Of a stretch of 64,000 nucleotides of DNA, positions 47,143-55,981 are shown piece by piece (position 1 is the stretch's first letter; each line of letters begins with the position of its first letter). The notes beneath the pieces were generated by a model. It was not told the DNA's origin. It did no database searches and worked only from the letters and a program-made list of their open reading frames with translations. A program made the translations under genes and the position numbers. Source of the stretch: an uncultured Chloroflexia bacterium (GTDB lineage: Bacteria > Chloroflexota > Limnocylindria > Limnocylindrales > CSP1-4); assembly GCA_963755285.1 (NCBI GenBank), contig CAVWJB010000001.1:295333-359332 (forward strand). The letters are read 5' to 3'.

Positions 47143-47271
47143 TGCGCCCGGAAGCTCGACCGCCGAGCGTCTCCCGGCGCCGGAGCCCCGGGATCCGATC
47201 CGCCACCACCCGCACCGCCGCCTGGAGCACACTCTCCGGGCCGGGCGACCGCCAGACGAAGGAGCCGACCC

Positions 47272-47739
47272 ATGGGCGAGCAGACGATCGCCCTCAACCG
47301 AAAAGCGCGCCACGAGTACACGATCGACGACACGTTCGAGGCCGGTCTCGTGCTGACCGGGACCGAGATCAAGTCGGTGCGGGCGCGCAAGGTCAACCTG
47401 GCCGACGCCTACGTCCGGATCGACAAGGGCGAGGCCTGGGTGTACGGCCTGCACATCGCGCCGTGGGAGACCGGCAACCGCTACAACCATGAGGCCAAGC
47501 GTCCGCGCAAGCTCCTCCTCCACCGCGCCCAGATCACCCAGCTCCTGACCCGGACGAAGCAGAAGGGCCAGACGATGGTTCCGCTCAAGCTCTACCTCAA
47601 CGATCGCGGGCGGGCCAAGATCGAGGTGGCCCTGGCCCGGGGCAAGCAGCTCCACGACCGACGGCGCGACATCGCCGAGCGCGACTCCCGGCGCGACGTG
47701 GCCCGGGAGCTGGCCGACGTCACGCGCGGCCGGGGCTGA
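47272..47739 (+). CDS. smpB: SsrA-binding protein SmpB
   Basis: 155 aa with NRKARHEYTI, GTEIKS and KLLLHR. The SD sequence GGAG lies upstream. Confidence 0.95.
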   Translation: MGEQTIALNRKARHEYTIDDTFEAGLVLTGTEIKSVRARKVNLADAYVRIDKGEAWVYGLHIAPWETGNRYNHEAKRPRKLLLHRAQITQLLTRTKQKGQTMVPLKLYLNDRGRAKIEVALARGKQLHDRRRDIAERDSRRDVARELADVTRGRG

Positions 47740-48038
47740 CCGCTAGCGGAGCAGGTACCGGCGGCTCAGCGGCACCTCGCTGACCGGCTCGACGCCGAGG
47801 ACGCGCCCGGCCAGGGTCACGGTCCCGTCGATCGGATCGACGTCGACGGGTGCGACCGCCCGGTTCGACCATCGAGCCGGGCAGGGACGGCGGGTCGATC
47901 CTTCGTCTCCGCGAGACCGGCTTCGCCGGCCGCGCCGACTGGGAGCTCAATCGGGCCGGTTGGGAGGACGACATGTTCCCGGCGATTCGCCGTCACCTGG
48001 GCGAGCCGACGGCCTGACCCTCCCCGGCCGGGGGACGC

Positions 48039-48067
48039 TTGGCCGGATCGGATCCGTCGGGTAGACT
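48039..48067 (+). promoter_or_regulatory. Candidate promoter for ssrA
   Basis: TTGGCC, a 17-nt spacer, then TAGACT. The -10 element ends 8 nt before the predicted mature 5' end of tmRNA. Confidence 0.45.
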
Positions 48068-48075
48068 CAGGGGAC

Positions 48076-48449
48076 GGGGATGCGTGGATTCGACAGGGTC
48101 CAGCTACCCGGGAGTGCGAGCCGAGGTGCCGTCAGGCCTCGTTAAACAGGCGGCAAAACGAAGTACCTGGCAACCGCCAGTCGACTCTCGCCCTCGCCGC
48201 TTAGGCGGTAAGGTGAGCGTGGAAGCAGCCTCCTCCTCGCGGGCTGTGGAAGCGTCATCAAGCGAGGATGCAGCCGACGCCAGTGCCGCGTAACGTCGGA
48301 CCAAGCCCGATCTAGGGACACGTGACTGGACCGTCCGGTAGCCTGCCGATGGGCGCTCGGGCGGTCGACGACAAACCATCGGACACGCTCGTAGTGGTCC
48401 CGGGCGAAGGGTTCTGGACGGGGAGTTCGACTCTCCCCCATCTCCACCA
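48076..48449 (+). ncRNA. ssrA: Transfer-messenger RNA (tmRNA)
   Basis: The 5' end GGGGAUG-CGU-GGAUUCGAC pairs with the 3' end CAUCUCC-ACCA, including a G3:U wobble. A T-arm-like GGGGAGUUCGACUCUCCCC is present and the CCA end is encoded. The tag frame ends ...CAG TCG ACT CTC GCC CTC GCC GCT TAG (QSTLALAA*, stop at 48202-48204). The likely resume codon is GGC at 48169, giving GNRQSTLALAA. The gene is adjacent to smpB. Confidence 0.93.
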
Positions 48450-48637
48450 GATCACGACCGGCGCGTCGTGCGCGCCTGGCGAACGACGTTCGGAGTGGCC
48501 GATCGGCCATCCAGCGGTGCAGGTGACCCCGCGAGCGAATCGTCAGCTTGTCGAACGTCGCCGCCCGCGCCAGCCAGTCGTCGGCTCCAGCCCCATGGCC
48601 CGGCTCCGCAAGAACGTGGTACCGAGGAGGGCTTCTG

Positions 48638-49201
48638 ATGCGCAGCGTGACCTATTCGATGGGCCTCTCACTCGACGGCTACATCGTCGGGCCGGACGGG
48701 ACCTTCGACTGGACGGCGCCCGACCCGGAGGTCTTTCGCTTCTGGATCGACGAGATCCGAGAGGTCGGCGTCCACCTCATGGGACGACGGCTGTACGAGA
48801 CGATGCTGTACTGGGAGACCGCCGACCAGAATCCATCGCTCGACGACGCAGAGCTCGAGTGGGCCGCGCTCTGGAAGCCGCTCCCGAAGGTGGTGTTCTC
48901 CACCACGCTGTCGGCGGTGCAGGGCACTGCCCGCCTGGCCTCCGGCGGCCTCGCGGAGGAGATCGAGCGGTTGCGAGCCGAGCCGGGCGAGGGCGAAATC
49001 GCGATCGGCGGCGCGACGCTCGCCGCCGAGGCGGCCGCGTTGGGTCTGATCGACGAGTACCGGGCCATGGTCTACCCGGTGCTGGTTGGGGGCGGCATTC
49101 CGTACTTCCCGCAGCGCGAGCGCCGGGTGGATCTCGAACTCGTCGAGACCCGCACCTTCAGCTCGAGAGTCGTCTACCTCCGCTACCGCGTGGCGCGCTA
49201 G
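48638..49201 (+). CDS. Dihydrofolate reductase-family protein (RibD C-terminal domain, YwjB-like)
   Basis: The ATG at 48638 is preceded by GGAGG. MRSVTYSMGLSLDGYI.GPDG.FDW...MGRRLYE...IGGATLAAE...DEY...YPVLVGGG matches the family pattern as I recall it. Confidence 0.78.
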   Translation: MRSVTYSMGLSLDGYIVGPDGTFDWTAPDPEVFRFWIDEIREVGVHLMGRRLYETMLYWETADQNPSLDDAELEWAALWKPLPKVVFSTTLSAVQGTARLASGGLAEEIERLRAEPGEGEIAIGGATLAAEAAALGLIDEYRAMVYPVLVGGGIPYFPQRERRVDLELVETRTFSSRVVYLRYRVAR

Positions 49202-49225
49202 CCGGCGCGTCCGCTGGCGGCGGTC

Positions 49226-51063
49226 CTACTTGCCGGTGCCGACCAGGATGATCCCGATCATCCGGGCGTAATGGCTGTAGATCGTTTCCTTGTGGATGAC
49301 CTTGCCGGACTTGTCCTTGACCGATCCGGGTGACCCACACGTCCTGGCCGTCGGCCGGGTACTCGATCTGCTCAGCGGACGCCCTTCCTGAGCGACGCGG
49401 TGTACTTGACCTGGGTGAACCCAGATCGGTAGTTCTTGACGACCGGCCGGCTGAACGTGACCCGACGGCCGGACGGGACGCTGTAGAGCGTGAACCGCAC
49501 GATCCCGGGCCGGGCATAGGTCCGGATCAGGATCGGGTACTTCGTGTCGTTGCGGAAGGTCATGTCCTGGACGCTGCCGCCGTCCTTGAACACGGTCGCG
49601 TCGAGACCCTTCGGGTACCGGGTGATGTAGTAGTAGTGGTTCTTCCGCGCGCCCATCTGGAGGCCGGCCCGGACCGCCGCGTTGAACAGCGTGGTCGACG
49701 ACGAGCAGATCCCGCCGCCGATCGACTTGCCCTCGACCGAGTGGCCGTCGATGATCGCGCCGCCGAGCCGGTAGCCCTTCGCCAGGCTGACCTCGCCGAC
49801 CGTCTTCCAGTAGCTGAACCACTGGCCCGGGGCGACGACCGTCCCGTTGATCGCCATCGAGGGGATCGTGATGTTGTTGCTGAAGCCGTTGTGCGCACCG
49901 CTCTGGTAGTACGTGGTCCAGCTCGAGATCGCCTTCATCAGCGGAGCGGCCTTGGCGGCCTGCTCGGTGGTGAGCGTCGGGGCCACGACGGCGAGGGCGG
50001 GGACGATCGCTGCCCCGGGCTCCTTGCCGGCGCTGGCCCGGGCGAAGAGCAGGTCCTCCACGAGCGTGATCGTCCCGGGCACGTCGAGCTTGCGCCCGTT
50101 CTTGGCCGGCTTGACGCCGACGACGTTGCCGCTCTTGCTCGTGTAGAACGACGCCGACTCGGCCTTCGCGTCGACCTTCTTGGACAGGGCCTTGACGGCC
50201 GTCTCGATCATCGTCGGATCGGCCAGCGGACCGTAGCTCCCGTCCGGCCAGGTCCCGAACGTGACCCAGCTCCGGACGGCCGTGTCGGCGATCTTCCAGC
50301 TGTCCTTGCCGTGGGTGAGGGTCACCGGGGCGATCATCCGGGTCGCGCGGGAGCGGGCGATCATGGCATCGACGTCGGTCACGGCGGGGGCGACCGGGCT
50401 CACCTCGAGCGGCACGGCCAGGCTGCTCGGCGCATCCGGCGAGGCGAGGGTCTCGTTGATCGTTGCCGTCATCGCCGCCTGGTCGACCTGGCGGCCCCAG
50501 ATGGCCGGCGTGTCGACGAAGCCGGCCGGGCCCGTCGACACGGATGCCGAGGAGGGCTCGCTATCGATCGTCGCGGCCAGCCCGGCGAGGGTGGCGGCCA
50601 GGACGTCCTGGTCGATCGCCACCTTCGGTGCGACCTCGACCCGGTTGAGGACCGTCCGCGCTTCCTCGACGACACGCTCGACCGGGCTCCCGGTCCGTCC
50701 GATCGCGAACGCCTCGTCGAGCATCGCGTCGACGTCGGGGCGGCGCCCGAGCTGGGCATAGGTCAGGGTCGTCGTTCCGGTGGGGGTCGTCAGGCTGACG
50801 GTCCCGCTGCCGACCGAGGCGAAGGCGGCTTCGAGCTTGGTCGCAGCCTCAGCCCGGTTCAAGCCTGCCACGTCGACGCCGCCGATCGACACGCCTGCAG
50901 CGACCTTGCCGGCGTAATTGCTCTCGTAGGCCACGATCGTGCCGACGGTCGCGACGGCAACCAGCAGGAAGCCGACGACGAACGCGACGAGCACGCGGCT
51001 GAACCGCCAGCGACGTGGCTCGACGGCCGTCTCGATGAGCTGTGTCTCGGTCGTGGTGGTCAT
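49226..51063 (-). CDS. VanW family protein, with the C-terminus split over three frames
   Basis: It has an N-terminal TM helix and repeated PG_binding_4-like segments. The VanW core is GGICSSSTTLFNAAVRAGL...RYPKGLDATV. The C-terminal tail reads ...ASLRKGV / SAEQIEYPADGQDVWVTRI / VKDKSGKVIHKETIYSHYARMIGIILVGTGK* in three successive frames, with junctions at about 49372-49380 and 49319-49325. Confidence 0.82.
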
Positions 51064-51162
51064 GATGCGTGGGACATCCTACCAGCATGGTTCGCCAGGT
51101 CCAGCACGTCGGTTCTCGGCCGAACGGGACGGAACGAGGACGGTTGAGGCGTCCGACCTGTG

Positions 51163-52164
51163 TCAGGCCCTGGGCAGAACGACGATCCGGCGGTTTGGTT
51201 CCTCGCCAATCGACTGAGTGACGACGTCCGGATTGTCGCGCAGGGCGATGTGGATCCAGCGCCGCTCGAGCGCCGACATCGGCTCGAGCTGGAGCATCTT
51301 GCCCGTCTCGACGACCCGCTCGGCCGCACGCCGGGCGATCTCGACGAGCTGGCGCTCACGCCGGCCCCGATAGTCCTCGACGTCGACCAGGACGCGGGTC
51401 CAGTCGCCCATCCGGCGCGACAACATGAGGTTGACGAGGTGCTGGAGCGCCGACAGGCGCTCGCCCTTCCGCCCGATCAGGGCGCCGAGCGCCTCCTTCT
51501 CGTCCTCGTCGCCGACGACGTTGAGCCGGCTCGTGTCGCCGGTCTGGACCTCGACTCGAACATCGAACTCGAGCAGCTCCATGAGCTTCTCGAGGATCTC
51601 CTTGCCGGCCTGGAGCGCCTCCGGGGACGCCTCGGCGGCGTCGAGCTCGGCGCGCTCGGAGGCGACCGAGCCGCGCGCGGCAGCGAGCTCGGCTCGATCG
51701 CGCTCGGTCAGGTCGCTCGACGGCGCCCGACGGGGCCGGTCGTCGCGGCGGGCGGGCCGGTCGTCGCGGCGAGGCGGGCGATCGTCGCGGCGGGGCGGGC
51801 GGTCGTCGCGCTGGCGGTCGTCCGGGCGCGGTGCGCGATCGGTCGGGGCCTGGCTCCGCTCGGCGTCGCGACGCGGGGGTCGGTCGTCGCGGCGGGGCGG
51901 GCGATCGTCGCGCGGCGTTTCGTCGCGGCTGGGCGCGGGCAACGGAGCCGAGGCGGCCGCTTCGCGCTTCGGGGCAGCCCCGCCGAGCGCGCCGCGTGGC
52001 GCGGCAACGATCCGGGCCGGCTCCGCGCCCATCCCGAGGACGCCCCGGCTGCCGGGGGTCATGATCTCGAAGTCGAGGTCATCGAGCCCGACCGAGAACG
52101 TGTCCCGAGCGTTGCGCAGGGCCTCCTCGACGGTCTTGCCGGTGAACTCCTGGTAAGCACTCAT
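51163..52164 (-). CDS. jag: Jag/KhpB RNA-binding protein (Jag_N, KH and R3H domains)
   Basis: The start is the ATG at 52164 (MSAYQEFTGKTVEEAL). The C-terminal KH motif is IGRKGERLSALQHL and the R3H motif is ERRWIHIAL. The central linker is made of RRDDRPP heptad repeats. It lies downstream of yidC. Confidence 0.88.
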   Translation of the reverse strand: MSAYQEFTGKTVEEALRNARDTFSVGLDDLDFEIMTPGSRGVLGMGAEPARIVAAPRGALGGAAPKREAAASAPLPAPSRDETPRDDRPPRRDDRPPRRDAERSQAPTDRAPRPDDRQRDDRPPRRDDRPPRRDDRPARRDDRPRRAPSSDLTERDRAELAAARGSVASERAELDAAEASPEALQAGKEILEKLMELLEFDVRVEVQTGDTSRLNVVGDEDEKEALGALIGRKGERLSALQHLVNLMLSRRMGDWTRVLVDVEDYRGRRERQLVEIARRAAERVVETGKMLQLEPMSALERRWIHIALRDNPDVVTQSIGEEPNRRIVVLPRA

Positions 52165-52165
52165 G

Positions 52166-53414
52166 TCAGCGTCGTCTCCCTCGGCGGCCCTTGCGGCCGC
52201 TGCGTTCGCGGGGTCGGACGGTCGAGCCAGCTCGTGCGGCCCGCTCGTCGGTATTCGTGAGCACCGAGTTCGGTGCCCGCTTCGCGGGATCGGGCGCCGG
52301 AACGGCGACCGGGAAGCGCGGGGTGTGGTCCTTCGCAAAGGACGGGGTCCAGCCGAAGAGCGGGAACATCCCGCCCCAGCCGAGGATCAGGTACTGCTGG
52401 ACGATCGAGAAGATCGTCGACACGATCCAGTAGATGAACAGGCCGGCGGGCAGGAACCCGCCGTAGAAGATCGAGATCAACGGCACGAACAGCATCGTCT
52501 GGCGCTGGATCCGCGTGTTCTGGTCGTCGACGCCCGTGCCGGCGGGCGGCAGCGTCATTCGCGACTGGACCATCTGGAGCCCGGCCGAGATGATCGCCAG
52601 GACCGAGATCCCGATGCCGAGGATCGGCGTCGTGAAGAGGACGCTCGGCTGGCTCAGGTCGATCCCGAAGAAGTTGGAGTTGATGCACGGCTGGACGATG
52701 CCGTTGACGATCACCGGGACCGGGTCGCACGGTGGTTGGATCGTGATCAGCTGGATCCCGAACACGTTGAGCATCGCGCTCGGGTTGTAGTTCTGGAGCC
52801 CGTCCCGGAACACCGTGTACATCGGGATCAGCAGGACGAGCTGGAGGATCAGCGGCAGGCAGCCCGACGCCGGGTTGATCCCGCGCTCCTTGTAGAACTC
52901 GCTGGTCGCCTGCTGGATCTTGACCCGGTCGCCCTTGTAGCGGCGCTGGATCTCCTTCAGCTCGGGCCCGACGAGCTGCATCCGCTTCTGGGACACGATC
53001 TGCTTGCGATAGAGCGGGACCAGCAGGAGCCGCACGAGCAGGGTCGTGATGATGATCGCCACGACCATGTTCTGGGTGAGCTGCTCGAAGAACACCAGCG
53101 TGATGAACAGGGCCTGGAAGACCGGCGTGAACAACCAGGCGATCGTCGAGACCGGGTCCGTGCCGGGCTTGGCGGGCTCGAGCGGGACCGCCGCCGGGTT
53201 GATCGTCGGCGACGCGCTGCACGCTGGGGGCGGCGGTCGCCCCGGCGGAGGCGGCCGGGGAAGCCGGCGCGACCGACGGACTGACCCCGCCGATCGGCGT
53301 GCAGGCGGTCAGGATCAGGACCAACCCGACCGCGAGCAGGCCGGCCAGGACCCACGGCTCGAGTCGAGAGCGCACGGACCGTGACGGCCTCGCCTCGCTA
53401 GCGAACCGGGTCAT
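52166..53414 (-). CDS. yidC: Membrane protein insertase YidC (Gram-positive lipoprotein type), with an apparent frameshift in the N-terminal linker
   Basis: The conserved core is in ORF 52166..53134 ([37 protein letters not shown]) and has no in-frame start other than the TTG at 53134. The signal peptide with its lipobox ([18 protein letters not shown]) is in another frame starting at 53414. The junction is at about 53215-53235, near a G5 run. Confidence 0.87.
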
Positions 53415-53604
53415 AGCCGCCCGGATTCCAGGGGTGGCAGCGGGCGATCCGGCGGGCGCCCATCCAGCTGCCCTTGAGCAGCCCGTACTTCGCGATCGCC
53501 TGCTCCGTGTAGCGCGAGCAGGTGGGCTCGAAGCGGCAGCTCGACGGCAGCCAGAAGAAGACGATCCGATAGAGCTTGATCAAGCCGATCCCGAGCGTCT
53601 TCAC
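53398..53604 (-). CDS. yidD: Membrane protein insertion efficiency factor YidD
   Basis: 68 aa with [15 protein letters not shown]...[12 protein letters not shown]. The GTG start overlaps the rnpA stop (GTGA). Confidence 0.92.
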   Translation of the reverse strand: MKTLGIGLIKLYRIVFFWLPSSCRFEPTCSRYTEQAIAKYGLLKGSWMGARRIARCHPWNPGGYDPVR

Positions 53605-53939
53605 GCGGTCCTCGGTCCTCCCAGGACTCCTCCCCGCTGGAGGAGCCGGCGAACCGCCTCGGCAATCTCGTCGTGGCTTGCGTTCACGACCGCCGGGCGG
53701 GCGATGATCAGTACGTCCCAGCCGGGCTGGAACGAGGGCGCCAACGCCCTGAGCACCTCGCGGAGCCGCCGTCTGACTCGGTTGCGGACCACCGCGCCAC
53801 CGAGCCTCCGGCCGGTCGACAGGCCGACCCGGGTCGTTTCAAGATCCGTCCTCAGGAAGCGGGCCGTGAGAAGCGGGTGGGACCGGACGGTCCCGTCGCC
53901 CTGGAGCGCCCGGAAGTCCTTCGGACGGGAGAGCACCAC
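53601..53939 (-). CDS. rnpA: Ribonuclease P protein component
   Basis: My chosen start is the GTG at 53939 ([12 protein letters not shown]). The RNR motif is [15 protein letters not shown]. It lies between rpmH and yidD. The start is uncertain. Confidence 0.85.
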   Translation of the reverse strand: MVLSRPKDFRALQGDGTVRSHPLLTARFLRTDLETTRVGLSTGRRLGGAVVRNRVRRRLREVLRALAPSFQPGWDVLIIARPAVVNASHDEIAEAVRRLLQRGGVLGGPRTA

Positions 53940-53971
53940 GAACCGCGGCGCCTTCGCTCCGCGTTCGCTCG

Positions 53972-54106
53972 TCAGACCGTGAGCCGTTTGCGACCGCGCG
54001 CTCGGCGTGCGGCCAGGATGCGCCGGCCCCCGGTGGTCTTCATCCGGGCGCGAAAGCCGTGCTCCTTGGCGCGATGGCGCTTCTTGGGCTGGTAGGTCTG
54101 CTTCAT
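53972..54106 (-). CDS. rpmH: 50S ribosomal protein L34
   Basis: This 44-aa ORF is below the track cutoff: [44 protein letters not shown]. Confidence 0.94.
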   Translation of the reverse strand: MKQTYQPKKRHRAKEHGFRARMKTTGGRRILAARRARGRKRLTV

Positions 54107-54219
54107 CGAGGTTGTGCGCGATCCTCTCCATCCGACCTCGGGGACGATCGTCTCGACCCCCTAAAGGCACGCGAACGCGCCTGGCGCTCGAAAGCGCAGG
54201 GCGCGTCGACGTTCTCGCG

Positions 54220-54249
54220 ATTATGGAACGGCCCAGAAGGGGGTGTCAA
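54220..54249 (-). promoter_or_regulatory. Candidate strong sigma-70-type promoter for rpmH-rnpA-yidD-yidC-jag
   Basis: On the minus strand: TTGACA (54249-54244), an 18-nt spacer, then CATAAT (54225-54220). It lies about 105 nt upstream of the rpmH ATG. Confidence 0.5.
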
Positions 54250-54595
54250 ACGACGGTCGCGCCTCCAGCCGAGCGAGCGGCCCGCAGACGGGATCCCGGC
54301 CGGGCCCGCCGGCCGCCGCGCGATGGGCCGTGCACGTATACTCCCCTGGAGTATCTGGCGATTCGCGCTGGAACGCCTTGCGAGCCGCCTCCGGGCGGTG
54401 CTATCCTTCGCGGGCCCCCGGCGCCGGGAAGCGCGGTGGCAACCTCTGGAGGACCTCCGGAGGAGCCCACGGAGCGGACCGCCGCCGGCCTGCAGAGCGC
54501 GCCGAACGAGCCCACGCCACGGTTCCCCCGAGCCCGCGCCCGTAGATAACCGTTACCCATCGACAGCCCCCAGAACCCACAGGTCAGACCCATCG

Positions 54596-55981
54596 ATGGA
54601 CGCGAAGCAAGTCTGGCGTGCAGCCCTTGGCGAATTGCAGGTTGCGCTGTCGCCGGCGAACTTCGAGACATGGCTCCGTGACACGCAGCTCGTCGACGTC
54701 GACGACAACCGGTTCCGAATCGCCGTCCCCAATGGCTTCGCCAAGGACTGGCTCGACACCCGCTATCGGTCGCTGATCTCGCAGACGCTGGCCAGGATCG
54801 TCGGCTACAGCGTCCAGGTCGAGTTCGTCGTCCGGTCGGCTCCGCCCGAGACGGCCCGGCCGGCCGACGGCCCCGGCACGCCCGTCGGCCCGGGTCCGGC
54901 CGCGAACGGCCAGCAGGTCCGGCTCGAGCCGACCCGGGTTGGGGGCGAGGGCGGCGCGTCGAACCTCAACCCCCGCTATACCTTCGCCAACTTCATCGTC
55001 GGCTCGGCCAACCGCCTGGCCCACGCCGCCAGCCTGTCGGTCGCCGAACGTCCCGGCCACGCCTACAACCCGCTGTTCCTGTACGGCGGGGTCGGCCTCG
55101 GCAAGACCCACCTCATGCATGCGATCGGCAACCAGGTGATCGCCAAGTTCCCGCGCAAGAAGGTCGTCTACGCGACGTCCGAGAAGTTCACGAACGAGTT
55201 CATCACCTCGATCCAGCAAGGCAAGATCGACGAGTTCCGGGCGCGCTACCGACGGATCGACCTCCTGCTCATCGACGACATCCAGTTCATCGCCGACAAG
55301 GAGCGGACCCAGGAGGAGTTCTTCCACACGTTCAACACGATCCACGAGGACGGCAAGCAGATCGTCCTGTCGAGCGACCGTCCGCCGAAGCAGATCGTGA
55401 CCCTCGAGGAGCGACTCCGGAGCCGGTTCGAATGGGGCCTGATCGCCGATCTGACCGCACCCGATCTCGAGACGCGGATCGCGATCCTGCGGGCCAAGGC
55501 GGAGGAGGGCGCCGTCCCGATCACCTCGGACGTGATCGAGTTCATCGCCCGGAAGGTCGTCAGCAACATCCGCGAGCTCGAGGGTGCGCTGAACCGGATC
55601 GTGGCGTACGCCAGCATGAGCGCCGTGCCGATCAGCATCGAGCTGGCCCAGGCGGTCCTGGCCAACGTCATCTACAACCCGAAGAAGCGCCAGGTCACCC
55701 CGGAGCGGATCGCCAAGGTGGTCGCCGACTACTACGGCGTCCCGATGGAGGCACTCCAGGGCCAGAAGCGGGACAAGGCGATCGTCATGCCCCGCCAGAT
55801 CGCGATGTTCCTGATGCGCGAGGAGACCGACGTGTCGCTCCTCCGGATCGGCGCCGAGCTCGGCGGCCGCGATCACTCGACGGTCCTTCATGCCTGCGAC
55901 AAGATCAACCGCGAGTCGGCCATCAACGACGAGCTCCGGCGCGAGATCGCCGCCGTCCGCGAGCTCATCTACGCGGACTAG
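54596..55981 (+). CDS. dnaA: Chromosomal replication initiator DnaA
   Basis: The start is the ATG at 54596 (MDAKQVWRAALGEL). The AAA+ Walker A is GGVGLGKTHL, Walker B is LLLIDDIQF, and domain IV is IAMFLMREETDVSLLRIGAELGGRDHSTVLHA. Confidence 0.97.
   Translation: MDAKQVWRAALGELQVALSPANFETWLRDTQLVDVDDNRFRIAVPNGFAKDWLDTRYRSLISQTLARIVGYSVQVEFVVRSAPPETARPADGPGTPVGPGPAANGQQVRLEPTRVGGEGGASNLNPRYTFANFIVGSANRLAHAASLSVAERPGHAYNPLFLYGGVGLGKTHLMHAIGNQVIAKFPRKKVVYATSEKFTNEFITSIQQGKIDEFRARYRRIDLLLIDDIQFIADKERTQEEFFHTFNTIHEDGKQIVLSSDRPPKQIVTLEERLRSRFEWGLIADLTAPDLETRIAILRAKAEEGAVPITSDVIEFIARKVVSNIRELEGALNRIVAYASMSAVPISIELAQAVLANVIYNPKKRQVTPERIAKVVADYYGVPMEALQGQKRDKAIVMPRQIAMFLMREETDVSLLRIGAELGGRDHSTVLHACDKINRESAINDELRREIAAVRELIYAD

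Noticed and set aside
48153-48293. Long ORF within tmRNA (...AKRSTWQPPVDS...DAADASAA*) considered as the tag reading frame
   Set aside because: A tag of about 47 aa running through the pseudoknot region is implausible. The frame ending QSTLALAA* at 48204 fits the usual position (about nt 94) and the usual C-terminal tag consensus.
48450-49225. Possible genomic island integrated at the tmRNA 3' end
   Set aside because: I saw no integrase or recombinase and no direct repeat of the tmRNA 3' end downstream. There is only one small DHFR-family gene before the convergent vanW.
51730-51930. Short tandem repeats considered as a CRISPR-like or non-coding array
   Set aside because: The units are 21 nt, contiguous with no spacers, in frame, and encode the Jag linker.
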